Shown piece by piece: positions 39,721-46,719 of a stretch of 64,000 nt of DNA. Each line of letters begins with the position of its first letter. Position 1 is the stretch's first letter. This stretch comes from Candidatus Latescibacterota bacterium. GTDB lineage: Bacteria > Latescibacterota > UBA2968 > UBA8231. The stretch is from positions 896,001-960,000 of the forward strand of contig CBDCXV010000010.1 of assembly GCA_965223905.1 (NCBI GenBank), in the 5' to 3' direction. Made by a program: the position numbers and the translations under genes. The notes under the pieces were generated by a model. It was not told the DNA's origin. It ran no database searches and worked only from the letters and a program-made list of their open reading frames with translations.

Positions 39721-39819
39721 GGAACTTATAACCCCTACTACAATCTGCTGAACGCAGAGATTTTGTGCGGGTAGCGGTTATAACTTCCGGTCGTTCTGTC
39801 AATCCCTGTTGAGCTGTTC

Positions 39820-40026
39820 TTATTCTTCCGTATCTTCTTTGTCCTTGGAATTATCGGTTAGCTTGCGTAAGGCTATCGGACCGCCGACAGCTACAGCTAC
39901 GAAAGCGGTTATGCCTAATCCGATAAGTAGTCGATCCGGCTCGCTGGAATTCCAGCTGATGTCGAAACCTGGGACTTTGAAGGAAAAGCCTTCCTCCTTC
40001 TTGAAAGCGTTCGTGAAGTCGATCAT
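39820..40026 (-). CDS. Small single-TM hypothetical protein (68 aa)
   Basis: LLIGLGITAFVAVAVGGPIAL followed by a charged tail; start uncertain. Confidence 0.55.
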   Translation of the reverse strand: MIDFTNAFKKEEGFSFKVPGFDISWNSSEPDRLLIGLGITAFVAVAVGGPIALRKLTDNSKDKEDTEE

Positions 40027-40269
40027 GACGTGTTTCTCGTGGCGAAGGATGTAGGTAGTTCGATAGGGTGCGGTTCGGCATCCCATCGAATGAAATCTTC
40101 GAGTATACGGAAAGATTCGAGAATTCGCAAGGCAGGGATTGACAGCTAAAAAGAACAGGGACAATAATCTATCCCTGCTCTTTTAGTCAGCGTTTATTGC
40201 CAAAGTGATTGAGCACTATCTGGATCAGCTCAAGACTAACCTCCAGCAGAATCGCGACCCACTTCGGTA

Positions 40270-40566
40270 TCATTGCCCACCTCCTTTCTTGTGAGGGTCA
40301 GTTTCCTCGCCTTTCTCGGAGTGATCCCCGTTTTTTGTGAACCTGCCGTTCTCGTCGCGTTTTTGCGCTTCCTGTCGCCGGGTTTCGTTGGGATCGACGC
40401 CGTTTTGTATATCTTCCTGCGCTTCCCTGAAATCCCGCTTCACGACATTCAGCTTGGACCGCAACCTCTCGGTGAGAAATCTTTCCACCGCAAAGCGTAT
40501 CGCGTAGACCCCGGCTTCCTTGACAACAAGAACGCCTACGGTCATGAGTATTGGCTTCCACGACAT
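40270..40566 (-). CDS. Hypothetical protein, phage-like (hydrophobic N-terminus, RDENGRF motif)
   Basis: AAAGGGGG RBS before the ATG; 98 aa. Confidence 0.6.
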   Translation of the reverse strand: MSWKPILMTVGVLVVKEAGVYAIRFAVERFLTERLRSKLNVVKRDFREAQEDIQNGVDPNETRRQEAQKRDENGRFTKNGDHSEKGEETDPHKKGGGQ

Positions 40567-40701
40567 GATTTACCCCCTTTCATAGGAGTTTGAGAATGAA
40601 CAACAGACTACCAGACGATTTCAGAGACGAAATCGCCAAGAAACAGAGACAGGAGACTCAGAGACTACGGAAGGAGAACGCGGAGCTACGTAAGCAGGCA
40701 C

Positions 40702-40747
40702 AAAAAACCCCCGGCTCACAAGAAACCGGGGGCGGTTGTTTTTTTTT
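40702..40747. terminator. Bidirectional intrinsic terminator
   Basis: A-run, CCCCCGG-loop-CCGGGGG stem, T-run. Confidence 0.75.
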
Positions 40748-40766
40748 CTCTGGTGGGGAAGGTGAG

Positions 40767-40997
40767 TTAGGGATTGGCCCTGGCTTTGAGCTGGCTTCTC
40801 AAAGATTCGATTTGATACTCAAGGGCGTCGAGGTCGTTTCTCTTGAAATTGATCTTCTTGATGAGGTTATCACAGAGCTCGTCGATTACTGTAGGGCTCG
40901 GGGATTGATCGATTAAATGCTTTTGTATATCATCTCTAAGCTCTGATTTTATCTTTTCTACCTCTTCTTCGAAGGCATCCCAGTAATTTCTTGTCAC
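40767..40997 (-). CDS. Small coiled-coil hypothetical protein
   Basis: Purine-rich RBS, GTG start, followed by the terminator. Confidence 0.55.
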   Translation of the reverse strand: MTRNYWDAFEEEVEKIKSELRDDIQKHLIDQSPSPTVIDELCDNLIKKINFKRNDLDALEYQIESLRSQLKARANP

Positions 40998-41019
40998 CTT
41001 TGCTTTCCCTTTCTTTGGG

Positions 41020-41115
41020 TTATCCTGCTAAGATTGCGGTTAGTCCGACGATTCCACAAAAAATTATGAATACCCATAAAATGCAAGCCAGTATCCAGCC
41101 AAGGAACCGTAACAT
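41020..41115 (-). CDS. 31-aa hydrophobic peptide (not in the ORF track)
   Basis: MLRFLGWILACILWVFIIFCGIVGLTAILAG*; starts 2 nt after the upstream stop, with GGAG upstream. Confidence 0.6.
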   Translation of the reverse strand: MLRFLGWILACILWVFIIFCGIVGLTAILAG

Positions 41116-41117
41116 TG

Positions 41118-41714
41118 TTACCTGGCTCCGCTTTCAATCAGTAGCCTTATTATCTCATCATGAGTATCGGGACCACAATTTGAGCTTACCCAAGTGTAAG
41201 CTTGGCTGAATTCTAATAGCGAGAATTCTAATTTCCTTGAATCGCTTCCTGGGAAGTCGATCCGCAAGACTGCCGTATCGTTTGAACTTTTCAAGTGCTC
41301 TATTAGCTCTTTGAATTTTCGATTGTCTATGTTTTTTTTGTGGCGCTCCCATCTGTCCTTGTCTCTGAGTAGTTCAACTCTTGCAACTCCAATAGGGGAA
41401 ACAAACCCCTTGAAAGATTTTGTTTCCGACCCAGACGTTATTTTGAATACAACCGCCTCATCTGTTTCAGACATATATATCGGTCTTGTTGGATCTTTGC
41501 GGTTATAGGTGAACGACATCCACTGTCCAGGCCAGCTTTTATGATATTCGCACTGTATCCACAATTCAGGGCTTTTTTTGTTGGTCATTGTGACGGTTAA
41601 CCTGGTTTTTCCCCATGTATTCATCCTTAGATTCCATGATTCATTAGATGGCCCTTTAAATTCATACGCGGAAGATGCAACAGTAGACAGTAGTAGCAGA
41701 GACAGTAACAGCAT
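41118..41714 (-). CDS. Secreted hypothetical protein (198 aa)
   Basis: Signal-like MLLLSLLLLSTVASSA; AT-rich. Confidence 0.7.
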   Translation of the reverse strand: MLLLSLLLLSTVASSAYEFKGPSNESWNLRMNTWGKTRLTVTMTNKKSPELWIQCEYHKSWPGQWMSFTYNRKDPTRPIYMSETDEAVVFKITSGSETKSFKGFVSPIGVARVELLRDKDRWERHKKNIDNRKFKELIEHLKSSNDTAVLRIDFPGSDSRKLEFSLLEFSQAYTWVSSNCGPDTHDEIIRLLIESGAR

Positions 41715-41935
41715 AGCAGACTTTCCCCGCGTCGAAGAATGATAGAATTCGACTAACCCTGTAGCTCCCCAGGGTAGCCGGGTTCAGTCAACTTCCACGT
41801 AAGATTTCGGGAAAGTCTGCCTTATTTGCCACATTCGGGGGGAGATCAAACCCCCTGAACAGGAAAGTCTGGCTATTGTATTCGGGCAGGGACCCGACAC
41901 GAGAGGTTCCTACGTGAAGCTGACTAACGGGAAGA
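41715..41935 (-). promoter_or_regulatory. Structured leader resembling phage C4-type antisense control
   Basis: 41716-41727 complementary to 41809-41820 (and 41862-41871); 41786-41801 complementary to 41911-41925; TGTCGGG..GAATACAA motif. Confidence 0.55.
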
Positions 41936-41946
41936 ATACGAACTGC

Positions 41947-41974
41947 TTGACATTACCGCAAGGGATATTATCTT
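41947..41974 (+). promoter_or_regulatory. sigma70-type promoter, probably giving a leaderless mRNA
   Basis: TTGACA-16 nt-TATCTT; ATG 6 nt downstream with no SD. Confidence 0.6.
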
Positions 41975-41980
41975 ACCAAC

Positions 41981-42226
41981 ATGATTGATAGAATAGTCAG
42001 ACAGACACTGCGCAAACTGCGCGGCCAGGGCATAGACAAGGAAGCTGAAAAGCTGGCTGCCACCTTCTTTGAGCCCGTGAAAAGTAGTGCTAATATGTGT
42101 AGTAAGTGCGGTGCTCGTCCTGCGTTCAAGGGCAATGATTACTGCGTTGAATGCGCTTCTACACAGTCAACTATGTCGCCACAAGTGCATCCGTCAGAAG
42201 TAGAATCAAAGGCAACGCCGGATTAG
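41981..42226 (+). CDS. Small Zn-ribbon protein
   Basis: CSKC...YCVEC; own promoter; hairpin directly after the stop. Confidence 0.6.
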   Translation: MIDRIVRQTLRKLRGQGIDKEAEKLAATFFEPVKSSANMCSKCGARPAFKGNDYCVECASTQSTMSPQVHPSEVESKATPD

Positions 42227-42342
42227 CCGGGGAGAGAAAATATCCCGGCTGTATAAGAGCACGGCTGGAAACTGGGTGATTCCGAGAGTCAGTTCCCACT
42301 TGCGGGGGTTAGGAGGCCCCACCGTGCCATACAATACTACGC

Positions 42343-43332
42343 CTACCGTTCCCGTATCACAAGGTCACAGTATTTCAACCGCTTACCGATCATTCGGCGG
42401 AATAGGTGTTTCATCTGTTCGTCGGTATCCTCGTTACGGATGTTCGCCTTCCCAACAAACTCGTCAAGATATTTTTGAGCATGTTCTAACGACCACTTGT
42501 AATAGGTGCCGTGGTATGCTCGCTTGACGTGCGCCCAGAAATTTTCCATCCCGTTCGTATGTGACTTGCCGTTCACCCACTGCCTTGCAGTGTGGTTGAC
42601 GTATTCGTTTTTCCGTATCCAGTCAAACCCTATGTAGGCTGTTGCGCTATCGCTGTATAGGGTCCCCTGTCGTCGCATATGTAGCTTTGCGAACGCTTGC
42701 AGTGTTTCCGCATCGTCATTTTCGATGACTTTGACGACGAACTTGCCGGTTTTCCTGTCCTTCATGCCTACGACAAGTGATTTTCCCTGTCGCCAGTCAC
42801 CGCGAAGACGCTTTTTTGAGTGCTTGTTTCCTTCCAATCCGCCGAAATACGCCTCGTCAATCTCGGCTGCTTTGCTCTTGAGCTTATCTTGATCTTCCCA
42901 CCCCTTGCGGATTCGGTGCAGCATGAACCATGCCGTTTTCTGTGACACGTCGATGTCCCGGTGTAGTTTCATCGAGCTTATGCTCTTCAGGCTGGATAGG
43001 TGCAGATAGATCGCAATCACCCATTTTTGGAGCGGAATGTTCGTCCCTTCCATTACGGATTTTGTTCTCACGCTGAAGTATCGGTGACAACCGCCGCACC
43101 AATACGGCATAGGTCGCCGGTTTTTCCGCTTGTGAACGTCGTCCATACTGCCACAATGGGGGCAATACATTCCGATTTCGCCCCATCGCACTTGCTCGAA
43201 CCACTTTTCTGCTGCTTCTTCATCAGGGAATCGTCTGAACAGTTCCGGCAGGGAGATACCCTTACGGGTGCTCTTTCCCGGACCTTCCGGTTTACGATTA
43301 CCGACGTTCGACCACTTACCAAGAAACTTCAT
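42343..43332 (-). CDS. IS1595-family (ISXO2-like DDE) transposase, intact
   Basis: Zn ribbon CPHCGS..CGGC, SSMKLHR..VSQKTAWFMLHRIR, EIDEAYFGG, YSD, VNH, HTNGMENFW, YLDEF. Confidence 0.95.
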   Translation of the reverse strand: MKFLGKWSNVGNRKPEGPGKSTRKGISLPELFRRFPDEEAAEKWFEQVRWGEIGMYCPHCGSMDDVHKRKNRRPMPYWCGGCHRYFSVRTKSVMEGTNIPLQKWVIAIYLHLSSLKSISSMKLHRDIDVSQKTAWFMLHRIRKGWEDQDKLKSKAAEIDEAYFGGLEGNKHSKKRLRGDWRQGKSLVVGMKDRKTGKFVVKVIENDDAETLQAFAKLHMRRQGTLYSDSATAYIGFDWIRKNEYVNHTARQWVNGKSHTNGMENFWAHVKRAYHGTYYKWSLEHAQKYLDEFVGKANIRNEDTDEQMKHLFRRMIGKRLKYCDLVIRER

Positions 43333-43364
43333 TCTCAATTTCTCCTTATTAGGGATTGAGGGTG

Positions 43365-43408
43365 ATAGGGGAGAGGGTTTCGTTTGGATGCGGCCCTCTC
43401 CCCGCTAT
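43365..43408. promoter_or_regulatory. Strong hairpin upstream of the transposase (attenuator-like)
   Basis: GGGGAGAGGG...CCCTCTCCCC stem. Confidence 0.55.
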
Positions 43409-43439
43409 TCATTAGATATAGGTGCGGCACGAAACGGCG

Positions 43440-43655
43440 TCAAAACCCCTGTCCGTCTGACTTGTAGGCCAGGACAAGACCCCTTTCCTGGTGGTGAATG
43501 ATCGCTCCCATCAGACAGAGATACCTTTCGGGCATCGCTCGTTTCCCCTTCTCCCATAGGCATATCTCCGCCTCACTGACCCCAAGGGCGACCCCCAGCT
43601 CCCATTGCTTCATGCCGACAGCATCGCGGGCACACTTCAACTGCGATTGTTCCAT
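43440..43655 (-). CDS. XRE/Cro-like HTH regulator
   Basis: LKCARDAVGMKQWELGVALGVSEAEICLWEKGKR. Confidence 0.85.
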   Translation of the reverse strand: MEQSQLKCARDAVGMKQWELGVALGVSEAEICLWEKGKRAMPERYLCLMGAIIHHQERGLVLAYKSDGQGF

Positions 43656-43785
43656 TTGACACGTCCTTTCTGAATGACTATGATGCTGAAAAGGGGACAG
43701 GGAGGACCGGAATCGTCCCCCCTGTCCGAGCGGAATCCGTATTCACAAACCCGGTATTTGTGACAGAACAGGACCCGCTTTCTTT
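43656..43785 (+). ncRNA. Candidate antisense sRNA with a near-consensus promoter
   Basis: TTGACA(43656)-17-TATGAT(43679); downstream hairpins GGACAGGG..CCCTGTCC and AGCGG..TCACAAA..TTTGTGA..CCGCT, then TTCTTT. Confidence 0.55.
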
Positions 43786-43791
43786 CGGAGG

Positions 43792-44001
43792 CTACTTCCC
43801 ATCGCACCTAATCCAGCCTTCCGGCTTTTGAGATACGGTCGTGATTTCTGACAGCCTGAACACCAGCTCACGTATCGTCCCGCCGTGCTCCTGGCGGTGC
43901 TGCGTTGCTTCGGGCAAGGTCTCAAAACGGTGCACCTTGCTTTCTTTTACTACAATCCACCGACGTATTACCCAGCTCGGTAGGTTCACTTCATCGGGCA
44001 T
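43792..44001 (-). CDS. Small phage-like hypothetical protein
   Basis: AAGGAG RBS; 69 aa. Confidence 0.65.
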   Translation of the reverse strand: MPDEVNLPSWVIRRWIVVKESKVHRFETLPEATQHRQEHGGTIRELVFRLSEITTVSQKPEGWIRCDGK

Positions 44002-44147
44002 TAGACACTCCTTTCTATTGGGGTTATGTGGCGCAGTTCTTGTGCTGGCTATGGCTGCACAATTGGCGACAGCCCATAAAGATGAAGTGTCTTGGGCACT
44101 CGGTCTGGACCTACCGGTGAAAACATTTTAATTGCGGCTGATTAACA

Positions 44148-44360
44148 ATGGAAGAATTAATAGCAGGTGGTTCTTTTTTAATAGCTCTTATTGGATTGGT
44201 GTGGCAGATTAGATCCGGAAACAGAAAAATAATCGAGCAAATTAACACGAGTAATGTGATAATAGAGGTTCGCAATACGTCTACTGAGAAAAAGGGAGGC
44301 AATCTAAGTGCCAATATACAAGCAGAAACAGTTCATATCTATCAGGGGGGGGTATCCTAA
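44148..44360 (+). CDS. Small protein with an N-terminal TM helix
   Basis: LIAGGSFLIALIGLVWQI; AT-rich; abuts the next ORF. Confidence 0.6.
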   Translation: MEELIAGGSFLIALIGLVWQIRSGNRKIIEQINTSNVIIEVRNTSTEKKGGNLSANIQAETVHIYQGGVS

Positions 44361-44822
44361 ATGAGCCACTTATTTCACATAGTTTTAAATACAGGGTCAG
44401 TGTCTGTTTCTACCAAGTACGAAGATATAGAGGTAATCGGAAAGATTAATCCTTGTTCTCAAGTTCAGATAGAAAACCTACAATTCGAGGGGTCATCTTT
44501 TTTTAGCTGGTTCCAAGAGAAAAATGTATTGTCGTTTGATTTGAGATTGCGCGGCAAATGTGTTGGAAACTGTTGGTGTGTTCAGAAAAAAGGGACTCAT
44601 ATAAGGAGGGTATTAGATGACATCAAACAAGCTCATCCAGGATCCTATACAGATAAGTTAGTTGACTTGCCTGTCCCTTGGATTGCTCTATGGCTGATTC
44701 AGGAAAATTGGGATAAGGCCGAAGATGCGTTCCTGATTTCTCCTTATATGTTGCGAGAGGTGCGCGACTGGATTGACAACAGAAGACGTTCGGTTAGGGA
44801 GGAGGTAGTAACTCATGATTAG
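44361..44822 (+). CDS. Hypothetical protein (153 aa)
   Basis: GGGGG RBS; start immediately after the upstream TAA; AT-rich. Confidence 0.7.
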   Translation: MSHLFHIVLNTGSVSVSTKYEDIEVIGKINPCSQVQIENLQFEGSSFFSWFQEKNVLSFDLRLRGKCVGNCWCVQKKGTHIRRVLDDIKQAHPGSYTDKLVDLPVPWIALWLIQENWDKAEDAFLISPYMLREVRDWIDNRRRSVREEVVTHD

Positions 44823-44852
44823 TGCGGCTGATTAGCGAAACTCCCCCTTTTC

Positions 44853-44936
44853 TGGTATAATACTATAGAGGATCACGTTTAGAACGCGGTTCTCTGTTTT
44901 GCTACCTTCGATTTTTCTAACCGTCAGGTGTATAAT
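44853..44936 (+). promoter_or_regulatory. Two TATAAT -10 boxes (one extended TGn) upstream of the cargo gene pair
   Basis: TGGTATAAT 44853-44861; TATAAT 44931-44936. Confidence 0.55.
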
Positions 44937-45014
44937 CGTCCCTCTAATATTACGGATAAATGGTGTAGAGCGAACCTCAGTAGGCAGGTCCCCAGGTAGG
45001 ACTCGACTTCCCCT

Positions 45015-45554
45015 ATGAATGGCATAAGGTCTTATTTATCTGAGGTTTTTTGGAAAACACCTGGGAGGTTTATTTTTCTTGCAACTGCTGTCATTACAAT
45101 TGGCCAATGGTTTATTGACATTGGAGATACCTGGACGCTTGAAAGAAAGGCATTCTCATCGGCAATTTTATTCTTGGGAGTTCTGAGTTTTGGAACGGTT
45201 CGTGCATCCTATTCGATGCACACAAGAACGAATCAGATTTTGTCTGCACAAGAGACAGCTGCCTACTTGCCTGTAAAAACCATAATCTCTGGACCGTTTC
45301 GTGTTGCGGTTATTTTGGATACAAGTGATACAGTGTTTATTGGAGATGTATTAAGCATATTTAATACTATTGGAGATGCAGAGTTTCCTGTCTGCGTTAT
45401 ATCAATAGATGCTGTCACCGACAAAGGATTTCTGCAGGGGTCATTGGTTCCCCCACAAAGCGATGAATCCCTGTCTGAATTTTTAAACGAACCGGAAAGA
45501 TTAACAGCGAAACGCAGTATAACCATAAGAGATATAGAATGCCTCAACGCATAG
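45015..45554 (+). CDS. 2-TM membrane protein with a C-terminal beta-rich domain
   Basis: FIFLATAVITIGQWF and FSSAILFLGVLSFGTV; overlaps the next gene. Confidence 0.75.
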   Translation: MNGIRSYLSEVFWKTPGRFIFLATAVITIGQWFIDIGDTWTLERKAFSSAILFLGVLSFGTVRASYSMHTRTNQILSAQETAAYLPVKTIISGPFRVAVILDTSDTVFIGDVLSIFNTIGDAEFPVCVISIDAVTDKGFLQGSLVPPQSDESLSEFLNEPERLTAKRSITIRDIECLNA

Positions 45555-45967
45555 ATGTAAGACACGACGCTGTTGTTGCAAAGGCTTTAAATAATGAGCG
45601 TCGAGTTGTGCTCAATAAAGGATCAAATGATGGGATTCAAAAAGGAGATGATTTTATTGTATTCGGCTCTGGAAATGAAATTGTTGATCCAAGCACAGGG
45701 ATAAGTCTCGGCATTCTTGAAGAAATTAAGGGGAAGGGTAGGGTTATACATGTTCAAGAAAAAATGTGCACTATTGAAACTTATGAATATGATAATGAAA
45801 TTGTTTCTAACTCCCTTGGGGTATATTCATTTTTTGGCCCAAGAAAAGTTAGAGTTTATCGAGATTTTGAAGACATAGAAGTTGGCGACTTAGCTCGAAA
45901 AATTAGATATAAAACCTCCCCGAAGCAGTTGGCCACAGTGGCGGCTACTACGACTCAGGAAGATTGA
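45539..45967 (+). CDS. FlgT C-terminal-like domain protein
   Basis: VVLNKGSNDGIQKGDDFIVF..G.EIVDPSTG.SLG.LE..KG..RV..VQEK...IEVGD. Confidence 0.75.
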   Translation: MPQRIDVRHDAVVAKALNNERRVVLNKGSNDGIQKGDDFIVFGSGNEIVDPSTGISLGILEEIKGKGRVIHVQEKMCTIETYEYDNEIVSNSLGVYSFFGPRKVRVYRDFEDIEVGDLARKIRYKTSPKQLATVAATTTQED

Positions 45968-46001
45968 ATTGCCACGTATTAAACCTTCTTCAGTATCTCA
46001 A

Positions 46002-46048
46002 TTATGACGTATAGAATTCAGGCTCTTATGACGATAGAATTCAGGCTC
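46002..46048 (+). repeat. Tandem duplication 24/23 bp
   Basis: TTATGACG(T)ATAGAATTCAGGCTC x2. Confidence 0.9.
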
Positions 46049-46149
46049 TTTCTCTTTCGCGTAGGATCGTTTATGTCGGGTTCCTGGCTGAATACAACGG
46101 GTGGCTGGCGGTGGTGTTAGAACTAACGCTTGAACTGATACGAATTATA

Positions 46150-46630
46150 TTTAATCGGTGAAGGTAGGGGAGACGCCGCAATGGACGCCTCCCCGTTGGT
46201 GACCCCTTTCATTTCCTCGCTCTACGGGAGCGCCTAACCCGGAGGCAATGGTTGGGTCTGTTGCATGCAGGATGCTGCGGCTGGGATTCTGAGGCATTAA
46301 TTTCCAGAGAGAAGCGAGCTGCTTCCCTACTGGGATCTTGGCGTTTTTGTAGGAACGTGCACAAGTATCTTGTGCTGGGGTTGATGCCTCTTCCCCCGCA
46401 GTGTCTTGCATACAAAGGTCATACATACATATCTGCTTTGTGCGGGTATGTCAACTAACAACGTAGGCGAGCGATGAAGCGGCTTCAAACCGCGTTAGCC
46501 ACCTACAGCGGGCAACTGAGATACATCAACCGAGCGGGGATTTGCGGTCCCCGGATGCCTCATAGCCTGCCATAGCGGAAGTGTTCGGGGAAGGGCTAAA
46601 CCGGCGGACTCTGGACACTGAAACAGCTAC
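46150..46630 (+). ncRNA. Candidate large structured ncRNA at the transposon right end
   Basis: Nested long helices rich in G-U pairs on the + strand (46261-46280/46396-46415; 46291-46307/46375-46390; GTAGG/CCTAC; GCGGGC/GCCTGC; GTGTTCGGGG/CTCTGGACAC); no credible ORF. Confidence 0.6.
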
Positions 46631-46719
46631 CCTATCTGTGACTGGATTTCGTCAAAAATCCACCGTCGCGGGTGCAAAATCTCTGCGTTCAGCAGATTGT
46701 AGTAGGGGTTATAAGTTCC

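Larger units (their letters stand above)
39721..46719. mobile_element. IS1595-family cargo transposon, 6,999 bp
   Basis: Perfect 45-bp TIRs GGAACTTATAACCCCTACTACAATCTGCTGAACGCAGAGATTTTG (39721-39765; 46675-46719); 8-bp TSD GTCGTAGT (39713-39720; 46720-46727); single internal IS1595 transposase; markedly lower GC. Confidence 0.95.

Noticed and set aside
40590-40916. Plus-strand 108-aa ORF in the transposon
   Set aside because: Runs through a terminator and overlaps a better-supported minus ORF; the first ~35 codons could still be real, so left uncalled
46440-46630. HEARO/omegaRNA or hammerhead identity for the right-end RNA
   Set aside because: Only a GTCAACTA resemblance; no IscB/TnpB in the element and no CTGANGA..GAAA core with proper stems, so no family assigned
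39721-46719. Prophage or integron
   Set aside because: No integrase, structural or replication genes and no attC sites; the boundaries are TIRs with an 8-bp TSD
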